From positions 1-64,000 of the forward strand of contig JAYGCM010000012.1 of the NCBI GenBank assembly GCA_046583355.1: a stretch of 64,000 nucleotides of DNA. The letters run 5' to 3'. Below the pieces are notes generated by a model. That model saw only the letters and a list, made by a program, of their open reading frames with translations, ran no database searches and was not told where the DNA came from. Shown piece after piece: positions 28,626 through 37,723 of the stretch. This stretch comes from Deltaproteobacteria bacterium. GTDB taxonomy: Bacteria > Desulfobacterota > Binatia > UBA12015. Position numbers and translations under genes: made by a program. Every line of letters begins with the position of its first letter. Position 1 is the stretch's first letter.

Positions 28626-29003
28626 TTAAAGTTCCGTATCGTCTATCCGGCGCTTGCTCGCACCCGAATGCTCGCGCATGCGGTCGACCGAAGCGGCGGC
28701 ATGGGCTTTGTCGCCCTGCTGCAATGCCATCTCGAATTGTCCGGCCACAGCCTGCATGAGGGCTGCCTCAGCCGGATCCATTTTCGTAGCGAGTTTTACC
28801 AACTCGCGCATGGCTCGTGTGATCGCCGCATACGCGTCGGCTTTGCGGCCATCGGCCTGTGCCGCGAGTGCCGCCTCGATGGCCACGCGCACGCGGCCCA
28901 GATTCTCGGCCGCCTCCGGTCCAAGCGCAGGGCCCAGGCCGTCGAGGCCCTGCATCAGGGTCATGAGATTCTCTGGGGCGAGGATCAGATCTTCCGAAGC
29001 CAC
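28626..29003 (-). CDS. Hypothetical alpha-helical protein
   Basis: GTG at 29003 with AAAGGA RBS; Ala-rich helical sequence; follows exbD on the same strand. Confidence 0.7.
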   Translation of the reverse strand: MASEDLILAPENLMTLMQGLDGLGPALGPEAAENLGRVRVAIEAALAAQADGRKADAYAAITRAMRELVKLATKMDPAEAALMQAVAGQFEMALQQGDKAHAAASVDRMREHSGASKRRIDDTEL

Positions 29004-29019
29004 GTTGGTTCCTTTCTGC

Positions 29020-29433
29020 TCACGGACGACGGGCGGCGATCGCCACCTCGGTTGCGCCCGCGCGTTTGGCCTCATCGAGAATAAAAACGACTTCGCCCAG
29101 CGCGATCGCACGGTCGCCTTCGAGCACGACACGTTTCACGTCGGCCGCGGCCAGAGCCGCGCTCAGGCGCGCGCTCAACGCATCGCGCGCAACCGGCTCG
29201 CCGTCGATGAATATGGCGTTGCTCGCCTCGACCGTAACCACCACACCGCGACTCTCGCTGGTGGTGTCGGCCACCTCGGGCAGGTTCACCTGCGGGCCGG
29301 ACTCGAGCATCGCCGAGCTTGTCACCATGAAGATGATCAGCAGGACCAGAAAAATATCGGTCAGTGGCGTGATGTTGATTTCGGCAACGATGCCGGCCTC
29401 CCCATCGCCTTCAGGCAACCGGCCGACCGCCAC
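29020..29433 (-). CDS. exbD: Biopolymer transporter ExbD/TolR
   Basis: AEINITPLTDIFLVLLIIFMVT...VNLP. Confidence 0.92.
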   Translation of the reverse strand: MAVGRLPEGDGEAGIVAEINITPLTDIFLVLLIIFMVTSSAMLESGPQVNLPEVADTTSESRGVVVTVEASNAIFIDGEPVARDALSARLSAALAAADVKRVVLEGDRAIALGEVVFILDEAKRAGATEVAIAARRP

Positions 29434-30070
29434 TTCGCCCCCTTGCCGCACAAAGCGCTTCGATGAAGCGCACGATGCCGACCTGCATGCTGGTCGCCAA
29501 TTCACTCAAGCGAACCTGGAAAAAATTGTAGAGCACAACCGAGATGATCGCGACGGCCAAGCCCAGCGCGGTGGCAACCAAAGCCTCCGAGATGCCGGAG
29601 GCCACTACGGCAAAGCCGCCGGCGCCGGCGATCGCCATTTGATGAAAAGCACGCATGATACCGACCACGGTTCCGAAGAGACCGATGAAAGGCGCGGCGC
29701 TCCCCACGGTACCGAGCACCCAGACGTTGCGGCGCAGCGCCTGCGCCTGCTCCATGCGGAAGCCATCGGCCAGCACGAGCATATCGTCGACCGAGGTATC
29801 GGCGATGCGCGGGATCAGGCTGAGGTAGATTCGCCCCAGCGGCAGGTCGGCGCCGTCGCGCTGAATCAGTGCCGTGGCGCCCTCGGCATCACCATGCTGC
29901 AAGAGCAGGCCCACCTGGCGGGCGAGATCGCCCATGCGCTCGTCGAGACCGCGCAGGGCCCAGAGACGGTCGCCGGCAACGGCAAGGGCCAGCACCGAGC
30001 AGGCCAGCAGGGGATAGGTTGCGTAATAACCCTGCTGGATCAAGTCGAGAAGTGTCTCTGAATCGAACAT
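29411..30070 (-). CDS. exbB: MotA/TolQ/ExbB proton channel
   Basis: LGTVGSAAPFIGLFGTVVGIMRAF...GISEALVATALGL. Confidence 0.93.
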   Translation of the reverse strand: MFDSETLLDLIQQGYYATYPLLACSVLALAVAGDRLWALRGLDERMGDLARQVGLLLQHGDAEGATALIQRDGADLPLGRIYLSLIPRIADTSVDDMLVLADGFRMEQAQALRRNVWVLGTVGSAAPFIGLFGTVVGIMRAFHQMAIAGAGGFAVVASGISEALVATALGLAVAIISVVLYNFFQVRLSELATSMQVGIVRFIEALCAARGRSGGRPVA

Positions 30071-30180
30071 CGAGCTTCCCCAATGCTTAACGGAGAGCTT
30101 GGGCGGGCGAAACCACCCCGACTCGAACCTCTACACGCGAGACGTTGCACTTTCCCACCGAACCTCTATTTTTCCAGCCA

Positions 30181-30540
30181 ATGGGGTTGCGTAGTTTCGC
30201 TGCGGGCGTGGCATTGATGGCAGCCGCCTGCAGCCTGCAGGCTCCCACGATGGGCGAGACGGCTGCGTCGCCGCGCCTGGCCGGGGTGGTCCTCTCCGTG
30301 GCGCCGCTCGGCCGCACGCTGGAGATCCTCGATGCGGGCCGCCACCACACCATCCATGTCCAAGGCGACGCTACCATCCGGCGCGGTCGCGCGAATATCA
30401 AATTGGGCCAATTGAGCCGCGGCGACCGGATCGTCATTGTCGCAACCGTGCCAGGCACGGCGACCGAGGCGACCTGGATCGCCGTCTCCGGGGCGGCGCT
30501 GCGGCTATCGGATCCGGCAGAGAGCGTGAAAAAACCATGA
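30181..30540 (+). CDS. Hypothetical lipoprotein (small OB-fold-like)
   Basis: AAAC lipobox; LGQLSRGDRIVI beta pattern; ATGA overlap with pepP. Confidence 0.55.
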   Translation: MGLRSFAAGVALMAAACSLQAPTMGETAASPRLAGVVLSVAPLGRTLEILDAGRHHTIHVQGDATIRRGRANIKLGQLSRGDRIVIVATVPGTATEATWIAVSGAALRLSDPAESVKKP

Positions 30541-31865
30541 GTGCAGCGACCACCGACCTCCCCTCTTTTGATTTCGCGGCGCGACGCAAGCGACTCTTCG
30601 AGCATATCGGCGATGGCGTAGCGGTATTCCGCGCGCCCCCCCTCACCCGCCACGCAGGCGATGTCGAGCACCGCTATCGACCGGACTCCGATTTTTTCTA
30701 CCTGACGGGGTTTGCGGAGGGCGACGCCGTTGCGGTCTTCAACGGCGCTGCCGACAAAGAGCGGTTTCTTCTCTTCGTCGCACCCAAAGACCCCGAACGC
30801 GAGACCTGGACCGGCACGCGCGCGGGCGTCTCGGGTGCTGTTGCGGATTTCGCAGCAGACGCCGCCTGGCCGATCGAAGAACTCGATAAGCGACTGGTGG
30901 CGCTGATCGCAGCCGCTCCCTCGCTGCATTTCGGGCTTGGCGTAGACGAGGGCTTCGACCAGCGACTCCTACGCCTCGCCGGCACCGGCTGGGCACGACG
31001 CCCGCGGAGCGCGGCGGGCCAGGCGAATTCGATTCTCGACCCGCGCCCCTTCGTGCACGAATTGCGGCTGCGCAAATCCGACGCCGAACTCGCCTGGATG
31101 CGGCGCAGCATCGGCATCGCGGCACGCGCCCATTGTGCTGCACAACGCGAAATCAGGGGTGGCATGTGGGAGCATGAAATCCAGGCCTTGATTGAAGGAG
31201 CCTTCCGGCGCGAAGGTGCTGCCGGCTGGGCCTACCCCTCCATTGTCGCCGGCGGCGCCAACGCCGCGGTCCTGCATTATGTCGACAACGAAGACCGACT
31301 GAAAGACGACGACCTCCTGCTGATCGACGCCGGCTGCGAGCTCGGTCTTTATTGCGCCGATATCACGCGGACCTTTCCGGTTGGCGGCGAGTTCTCGCGC
31401 GAGCAGCGCCGGGCCTACCAGGTTGTCCTGCAAGCACAAAAGGCCGCGATCGAAGCTGTGCGCCCCGGTGCGACCATCGACGGCATCCACGATATCGCGG
31501 TTGAGATTCTCACCGAGGGGCTACTCAGCATGGGCTTGATTCAGGGGACTCTCGCGCATGCGATTACCGAGAAGCTTTACCAGCCTTGGTATATGCACCG
31601 CACCAGCCATTGGCTGGGCATGGATGTGCACGACGTCGGTGCCTACGAACAAGGCGGCACAGCCCGCCCGCTCGAAGCCGGCATGGTCCTGACCATCGAA
31701 CCCGGGCTCTATTTCAGCCCCACCCAGGCCGACACACCGGCCGCCTACCGCGGCATCGGCATTCGCATCGAAGACGATATTCTGGTCACGACCGATGGCT
31801 ACGAGAACCTCTCGGCCGCGGTGCCCAAAGAAATCGACGAGATGCTGGCGATGCGCGGCCAGTAG
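30537..31865 (+). CDS. pepP: Xaa-Pro aminopeptidase P
   Basis: YRPDSDFFYLTG, LIDAGCE, DITRTFP, HWLGMDVHD, TIEPGLY, GIRIEDD. Confidence 0.96.
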   Translation: MSAATTDLPSFDFAARRKRLFEHIGDGVAVFRAPPLTRHAGDVEHRYRPDSDFFYLTGFAEGDAVAVFNGAADKERFLLFVAPKDPERETWTGTRAGVSGAVADFAADAAWPIEELDKRLVALIAAAPSLHFGLGVDEGFDQRLLRLAGTGWARRPRSAAGQANSILDPRPFVHELRLRKSDAELAWMRRSIGIAARAHCAAQREIRGGMWEHEIQALIEGAFRREGAAGWAYPSIVAGGANAAVLHYVDNEDRLKDDDLLLIDAGCELGLYCADITRTFPVGGEFSREQRRAYQVVLQAQKAAIEAVRPGATIDGIHDIAVEILTEGLLSMGLIQGTLAHAITEKLYQPWYMHRTSHWLGMDVHDVGAYEQGGTARPLEAGMVLTIEPGLYFSPTQADTPAAYRGIGIRIEDDILVTTDGYENLSAAVPKEIDEMLAMRGQ

Positions 31866-31873
31866 AGCGACTC

Positions 31874-33424
31874 CTAGCGCCGGCCGCCGCGGCGGGCTGC
31901 CTGCTCCACCAGGCCCACCAGGGTGGCGACACCCCAGCCCACGGCGCCGCGCGGCACGCAGGGCTTGGGCTTGTCCGCGAAGGCGACCGCGGCGATATCC
32001 ATATGCGCCCAGGGCACCTTGCCGACGAAGGCTTGCAGGAAGAGCCCGCCGAAAATCGAGCCTGCCGTGCCGTCACCAGTATTTTTCAGATCGGCGACCG
32101 AGCTTTTGAGCGCGCTGCGGTATTCGTCCATCAAGGGCAGTTCCCAGAGGGGTTCGCCAGAGCGGCCGGCCGAGTCGATCAGACGTTCGACCAGGTCGGC
32201 GTCCGAGCCCATCACGGCACCGATGCCCCGCCCCAAGGCAATGGTGGCAGCGCCCGTGAGCGTCGCCACGTCCACCATGAAGCGTGGCGCGACCCCCGAA
32301 CCGCAGCCGGCGGCCGCGTAGCCCAGCGCGTCGGCGAGGACGAGACGGCCTTCGGCGTCGGTGTTCAGCACCTCGATGGTTTTGCCCGTGTAGCTTCGCA
32401 GGACATCGCCCGGACGCACAGCGTTGCCGCCGGGCATATTCTCGGCTGATGCGATCAGCCCGCGCACTTCTATATTTGGTTTGAGGCGGCCGATGGCCTG
32501 CATTGCTCCCAGCACAGCGGCCCCGCCGGCCATATCGCGTTTCTGAATCTCCATGCCGCGGGCCGGTTTGAGTGAGAGCCCACCCGAATCAAAGGTGATG
32601 CCCTTGCCGACCAAAGCAATATGCCCTTCGGAGGCACCGCGGCCCTTCCTGCCGGCCGGACGGTAGATGATCTCGATCAGGCGTTCTTCGTTACGGCTGC
32701 CACGACCGACGCCGAGGATGGCGCCCATGCCAAGCTTGGCGAGTTCGGCAGGACCGTGCAATTTGATCTTGAGGCCGCTCTTTTTCGCGACCTTGCGGGC
32801 CACCTCGGCAAAGTCGGCGGGGCTGAGATCGGCGGCAGGTAGGTTGATCAGGTCACGCGCAGCACAGGTCGCCTCGGCAAGGATGCGGGCACGCTCTTCT
32901 GCCACCTCAGCAACCTTCGACATCGGCGAGCCGACGACCACACAGCGAGTGGGGCCGCCGGGGCTCGGCTCGGTGTGGTAACCATTGATTTCATACGCGC
33001 TGAGGAGCAACCCCTCGACAACGCCACCCACAGCCATACGGGCGCGCTCGCTCGCGAGTGCGGAACCGACCGAGACCGCCATGATCTTCGCGCGGGCACC
33101 GGCCGCGACATTGCGGGCACGGCCGGCAAAATCGCGCCAGGCGTTTTGGCCGAAGAGTCCGTCGGCATCGGGTGCGCCGATACCGACCAAGGCAATCAAC
33201 TCGGCCGCCTGCTCGCCATGGGTCTGGTAGAGAAATACCGCTCCGGGCTTGCCGGGATGCCGTTGGCGGCGCCGCGCCTCGGCCAGCAATCGGCCCCCGG
33301 TCGCTGCATCCAGAGCCGCCAATTCTTTGGACGGGGCATCGATGTCGGCAACCGCTACCGCCAGCAATTCGGTCTGATGATGGGCCGCGGGTTCTGCACT
33401 TCTCTGAATCTCGATCTTGCTCAT
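31874..33424 (-). CDS. pepA: Leucyl aminopeptidase (M17)
   Basis: VGKGITFDSGGLSLK, NTDAEGRLVLAD, WAHMDIA. Confidence 0.96.
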   Translation of the reverse strand: MSKIEIQRSAEPAAHHQTELLAVAVADIDAPSKELAALDAATGGRLLAEARRRQRHPGKPGAVFLYQTHGEQAAELIALVGIGAPDADGLFGQNAWRDFAGRARNVAAGARAKIMAVSVGSALASERARMAVGGVVEGLLLSAYEINGYHTEPSPGGPTRCVVVGSPMSKVAEVAEERARILAEATCAARDLINLPAADLSPADFAEVARKVAKKSGLKIKLHGPAELAKLGMGAILGVGRGSRNEERLIEIIYRPAGRKGRGASEGHIALVGKGITFDSGGLSLKPARGMEIQKRDMAGGAAVLGAMQAIGRLKPNIEVRGLIASAENMPGGNAVRPGDVLRSYTGKTIEVLNTDAEGRLVLADALGYAAAGCGSGVAPRFMVDVATLTGAATIALGRGIGAVMGSDADLVERLIDSAGRSGEPLWELPLMDEYRSALKSSVADLKNTGDGTAGSIFGGLFLQAFVGKVPWAHMDIAAVAFADKPKPCVPRGAVGWGVATLVGLVEQAARRGGRR

Positions 33425-33433
33425 ATTTTCCCC

Positions 33434-33715
33434 TCAGCCCGCATTCCGGACAAGATATTGCAGCACCGTCTGCCGGGCCGCAGCCGGCATCGGTGCCAGA
33501 CCATGTGCGCGCCGGATCTGATCCATGCGCGACACCTGAAACTCCCACATCGCTGGACGCAATGCACCCGGCGCGATCACGCCGTGACAGCCGCCGCATT
33601 CCCGGACATAAAGCGCCGCATCGGCTGTCCCCGCCTCCGGAAGAGGAGTGGAGCAACCCGCCAAGGCGGCGAGCACCGTAAAGACCAATATTTTCAGCAA
33701 GGACGCATGGCGCAT
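33434..33715 (-). CDS. Small monoheme c-type cytochrome lipoprotein
   Basis: LAGC lipobox; CGGCH; W...V.RM possible distal Met region. Confidence 0.8.
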   Translation of the reverse strand: MRHASLLKILVFTVLAALAGCSTPLPEAGTADAALYVRECGGCHGVIAPGALRPAMWEFQVSRMDQIRRAHGLAPMPAAARQTVLQYLVRNAG

Positions 33716-33737
33716 GGAATGGCTCCAGTAGGCGAAA

Positions 33738-34988
33738 TCAGGCCTCGCCGAAAGGGTGCGTCGCGACGCAGCTTCCCGTCGCGCGCAACAAGAGCGCGCG
33801 TGCCTCTGTGCCGGCCTCGAGGCGCTCGATGCCCGGTGGGCTGATCAGCAGACATTCGGCCAAAGAGAGCGAGCGCAGCGCCCCGGAACTCTGCGTTCCC
33901 GTGCGCACGACCAAAGGTACGGGACCGGGCTCTGCGATGCGGCAGCGCACGAGTTCGGTCAGTCGCGCCGCGGTCGGAATCGCCTCGCCTACCTTCACCT
34001 GAACACAAGGCAGGTGCACGGCCTGCTGGCCCAAGGCGCGGCGCAAGGCAGGTGCGACGTAGAGCTCAAAGCAGACCATGGCCGACACCGGGTTTCCGGG
34101 CAGTCCGAAATAGAGCGACTCACGCCCGCGCACGGCAAAAGTAAGCGGCTTCCCCGGCTTCTGAGCGACGCGCCAGAAACGTCGCTGCAAACCGATTTCG
34201 TCCATGACCTCCTTGACGTAATCGAATTGCCCCACCGAGACGCCGCCGGTCGAAAGAACGAAATCAAACGCCGCCGCCGACTCAAACGCCCGCACGAGAT
34301 CCTCGCGCGTATCGCGTACGATGCCGAGAGGATACGCCTCGGCCCCAACCGCGCGCACCGCCGCCGCGAGCGTGTAGGCGTTGGAGTCGTGGATGCGGCC
34401 GCGGCTCAGCGGCGTGCCCAAAGCTACGAGTTCGTCGCCCGTGCCGAGAATCGCCACGCGCGGCCGCCGCTGGCAGCGAATCTCGGCGTGACCAAGCGAA
34501 ACCAGGAGCCCGATATCAGCCGGGCGCAGCAGATGGCCCGCACCAAGGACCTCCTCGCCGCAGCGAATATCCTCACCCGCCAGCCGCACAAAGCGGCCGA
34601 CCTCCGGTGCCATGCGAAACCCGACCTCCTGCCCACGGTCGATCACGTCCTCGATCGGCACCACCACGTCGGCCCCCTCGGGCACGGCGGCACCCGTCAT
34701 GATGCGAAAGGCGGTTGCGGCCGGCAGCGCGGCTTCGTTCGTACTGCCGGCACCCAAGGTCTCGCCCACGCGGAGGAATACCGGAGCCGCCGCGGTGGCC
34801 TGGGCGATATCGGCCGCGCGCAGCGCAAAGCCATCCATCTGCGAGTTCGCAAAGGCCGGCACATCCAAGTCCGCCGCCACGGCCACGGCCAACGTGCGCC
34901 CACTGGCCTCGGCGATGGGTACAGCCTCGGCAGGCATCTGCTCGACGGCACCCAATACCACATCGATTGCTTCGCAAATCGGGATCAC
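33738..34988 (-). CDS. moeA: Molybdopterin molybdotransferase MoeA
   Basis: NSQMDGFA, IMTGAAVP, TGDEL, STGGVSVG, QKPGKP, GLPGNPVS; GTG at 34988 with GAGGGG RBS. Confidence 0.95.
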   Translation of the reverse strand: MIPICEAIDVVLGAVEQMPAEAVPIAEASGRTLAVAVAADLDVPAFANSQMDGFALRAADIAQATAAAPVFLRVGETLGAGSTNEAALPAATAFRIMTGAAVPEGADVVVPIEDVIDRGQEVGFRMAPEVGRFVRLAGEDIRCGEEVLGAGHLLRPADIGLLVSLGHAEIRCQRRPRVAILGTGDELVALGTPLSRGRIHDSNAYTLAAAVRAVGAEAYPLGIVRDTREDLVRAFESAAAFDFVLSTGGVSVGQFDYVKEVMDEIGLQRRFWRVAQKPGKPLTFAVRGRESLYFGLPGNPVSAMVCFELYVAPALRRALGQQAVHLPCVQVKVGEAIPTAARLTELVRCRIAEPGPVPLVVRTGTQSSGALRSLSLAECLLISPPGIERLEAGTEARALLLRATGSCVATHPFGEA

Positions 34989-35088
34989 TTCCCCTCTTTC
35001 GCGGCCCGCGACCATGCGGTCAAGTCCTTGCTTAGGAGGGGGTTCTACCGGTGTTCTTGCGCGAGTGGCTGGTAATTCTCCGGTTTGG

Positions 35089-35105
35089 TGATTAAATATT
35101 AGGCA
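35089..35105. promoter_or_regulatory. Possible NtrC/Fis-type binding site
   Basis: 17-bp TGATTAAATATTAGGCA with an AT-rich core just upstream of the kinase gene. Confidence 0.3.
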
Positions 35106-35112
35106 AGCGCTT

Positions 35113-36225
35113 ATGAGAAAGGCAGCATCTGAATTCCTCGACCGCGAGTGGCTCAACATTCTGGAGAGCCTCGACGACGGCGTATTGGTGGCGAATCGCT
35201 CGGGATCCCTCGAATTCATGAACGAAGGCGCCGCTCTACTGATCGGTCTCTCCGCCGCGCGCTCGATCGGTCGGCCCATCACGGAGGTCCTTGAAGCCAA
35301 CCCCTGGGTCGTCGAACTCATCGAGGCCACCCAGACGACGGGGGTGCGCAATGTGCGAGCCGATTCCGTATTGCAGCAGACCGACGGCTCACGTCGCAGA
35401 ATCCCCGTGCGGTGCGCCGCGACGCTTCTGGTCAACCACGAGGGTGCCGCCATCGGCAGCCTCCTTACGCTCCAGGATCTGAGCTACCAGCGGGAGCTCG
35501 AATCACGCTCGCGTGAATCCGACCGTCTCACGCAGCTCGAAGTCCTCGTTGCCGGGCTGGCCCACGAGGTGAAAAATCCACTCTCGGGCATGCGCGGCGC
35601 CGCCCAGATCCTCGAGAAGGCTGTGGCCGAGACTCCACGAACGCGCGAATGCACCGCTATCATCCTGCGCGAAATCGACCGCCTCAACGACCTCATCGTC
35701 CAGCTTCTCGACCTCGCCGGACCGGCCCGGCTGCAGCGTCAGCCCGTAAATATTCACGAGCTTCTCGATCTCGTGCTCAAGACCCTTTTGGCCGGCAGCG
35801 ACAAGGAGATCCGCTTCCTGCGTGAGTTCGACCCGAGCCTGCCACCGGTGCGCGGCGACCGCGGCCGACTCACCCAGGTGCTTTTGAACCTGGTCGGCAA
35901 CGCGATGGATGCCAGCGAGCCGCACGGCCCGATCACGCTGCGCACGCGGATGGAAACCACCTATTGGGTCGGCGGCGAGCACGGCCGCGAGCAATTCATC
36001 TCACTCGATATCGGCGACGAGGGCGTCGGCATCCCGGAGGCGGACCTCGCCTCAATCTTCAATCCCTTCTTTACGACAAAGAGCGATGGCACGGGCCTGG
36101 GCCTCTCGATCAGCCAGCGCATCGTCACCGAACACGGCGGCGTCCTGCGCGTGCGCCGGCGCGAGCGCAGCGGAACTGTTTTCACGCTTACCCTCCCCAT
36201 AGACAGAACGGACCGAAATGACTGA
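35113..36225 (+). CDS. PAS sensor histidine kinase (NtrB-like)
   Basis: PAS N-terminus; LAHEVKNPL; FDPSLP; PFFTTK..GTGLGL. Confidence 0.92.
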   Translation: MRKAASEFLDREWLNILESLDDGVLVANRSGSLEFMNEGAALLIGLSAARSIGRPITEVLEANPWVVELIEATQTTGVRNVRADSVLQQTDGSRRRIPVRCAATLLVNHEGAAIGSLLTLQDLSYQRELESRSRESDRLTQLEVLVAGLAHEVKNPLSGMRGAAQILEKAVAETPRTRECTAIILREIDRLNDLIVQLLDLAGPARLQRQPVNIHELLDLVLKTLLAGSDKEIRFLREFDPSLPPVRGDRGRLTQVLLNLVGNAMDASEPHGPITLRTRMETTYWVGGEHGREQFISLDIGDEGVGIPEADLASIFNPFFTTKSDGTGLGLSISQRIVTEHGGVLRVRRRERSGTVFTLTLPIDRTDRND

Positions 36226-37654
36226 AGCAAAAGCCCGCATTCTGGTGGCCGACGACGAGCGCTCCATCCGCTGGGTCCTGAACGAATCCCTCACGGCGGC
36301 GGGGCACGAGGTGATCGAGGCAACCAACGGCCGCGAAGCATTGGAGCTCCTGCGCGAAAACGAAATCGACATGGCGTTTCTCGATATCCGCATGCCGGAA
36401 CTGAGCGGACTCGATGTCGTCACGCAGGCGCGCGAAGAAGGCCTGAGCGCCTCGCTGGTCGTGATGACAGCCCAAACAACGATGGCCAACGCGGTCGAGG
36501 CGATGAAGCGAGGCGCCTATGATTACCTCACCAAACCCTTTGATCTCGACATGGTCGGACTCCTCGTTGATCGCGCCATCAAGGCGCGCAAGCTCAAGGA
36601 CGAAGTGAGTGTTCTGAAAGGCGAGCTCAAAAAGCGCTTCGAGATCGGCGTCGATATTGTCGGGGCTTCGGCTCCGATGCAGGCAATCTATAAATTGCTG
36701 GGCCGGGTAGCGCAGAACGATGCCACCGTCTTGATTCAAGGCGAGAGCGGCACCGGCAAGGAGTTGATCGCCAAGGCGATCCACTTCCATTCGCCGCGCT
36801 GGGAGGGCCCCTTCATCGCCATCAACTGCTCGGCCATTCCGCGCGATCTGCTTGAGAGCGAACTCTTCGGCTTCGAAAAAGGTGCTTTCACCGGCGCAGT
36901 GGAGCGACGAGCAGGCAAATTTGAACAGGCGAACGGCGGTACATTACTGCTTGACGAAATTGGCGATATGCCACTCGAACTACAGGCCAAGCTCTTGCGT
37001 GTTCTCCAGGAAAAAGAATTTACGCGGGTCGGCGGCCGCGACCTGCTGCGCAGCAATGTCCGGATTGTGGGTTCGACCAATCAGGACCTCGCTGCCGCCG
37101 TACGCGAGCGCCGTTTCCGCGAGGACCTGTTTTTTCGCCTCAATGTCGTACCCCTTGAGGTCCCTCCCCTACGCGCCCGTACCGGCGATATTCCGGACCT
37201 GATTCGCCATTTCTTGGCCAAAATCAACAACGATCTCGGCACAGACAAAACGGGAATTACCCCCTCCGCCGAGCGCCTGCTGCTGGCCCACTCGTGGCCG
37301 GGCAATGTGCGGGAACTGGAAAACGCCCTGATTCGCGCCGCGGTCGTCTCGCCGGACTCCGTACTCGCGGCCGGAGACTTCGTATTGGCCAACGCAAGTA
37401 CCAGCGCAAGCGGGGCCGGAGCCATCTCCTTCCATGAGACAATCCGTGCCGAAGTGGAAGAGATTTTCGACCGGGCGGGCGGCATTGACCCCAGCGAACT
37501 CTACGACGACGTGCTCGCCCGCATGGAAAAACCGCTTTTGGAGACCACCATGGAGCGCACCTCCGGCAACCAGGTCCACGCTGCTCAGATCCTCGGCATC
37601 AACCGCAATACATTGCGCAAAAAACTGGTCTACCTCGGCTTGACGAGGAAATAG
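36218..37654 (+). CDS. Sigma-54-dependent response regulator (NtrC-like)
   Basis: Receiver domain; GESGTGKE; GAFTGA; WPGNVRELEN; Fis-type HTH GINRNTLRKK. Confidence 0.95.
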   Translation: MTEAKARILVADDERSIRWVLNESLTAAGHEVIEATNGREALELLRENEIDMAFLDIRMPELSGLDVVTQAREEGLSASLVVMTAQTTMANAVEAMKRGAYDYLTKPFDLDMVGLLVDRAIKARKLKDEVSVLKGELKKRFEIGVDIVGASAPMQAIYKLLGRVAQNDATVLIQGESGTGKELIAKAIHFHSPRWEGPFIAINCSAIPRDLLESELFGFEKGAFTGAVERRAGKFEQANGGTLLLDEIGDMPLELQAKLLRVLQEKEFTRVGGRDLLRSNVRIVGSTNQDLAAAVRERRFREDLFFRLNVVPLEVPPLRARTGDIPDLIRHFLAKINNDLGTDKTGITPSAERLLLAHSWPGNVRELENALIRAAVVSPDSVLAAGDFVLANASTSASGAGAISFHETIRAEVEEIFDRAGGIDPSELYDDVLARMEKPLLETTMERTSGNQVHAAQILGINRNTLRKKLVYLGLTRK

Positions 37655-37687
37655 CCAGGAAGGGGATGAATGTCCCCGAGAAAACGA

Positions 37688-37718
37688 CTGTGGGCAGGCT
37701 CGCAGAGCCCGCCCACAG
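37688..37718. terminator. Hairpin between the convergent NtrC-like gene and the cytochrome operon
   Basis: CTGTGGGCAGGCTC-gca-GAGCCCGCCCACAG. Confidence 0.65.
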
Positions 37719-37723
37719 AAGGC

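Noticed and set aside
33738..35453. Apparent N-terminal extension of MoeA
   Set aside because: The extension is antisense to the histidine kinase; an RBS supports a start near 34988
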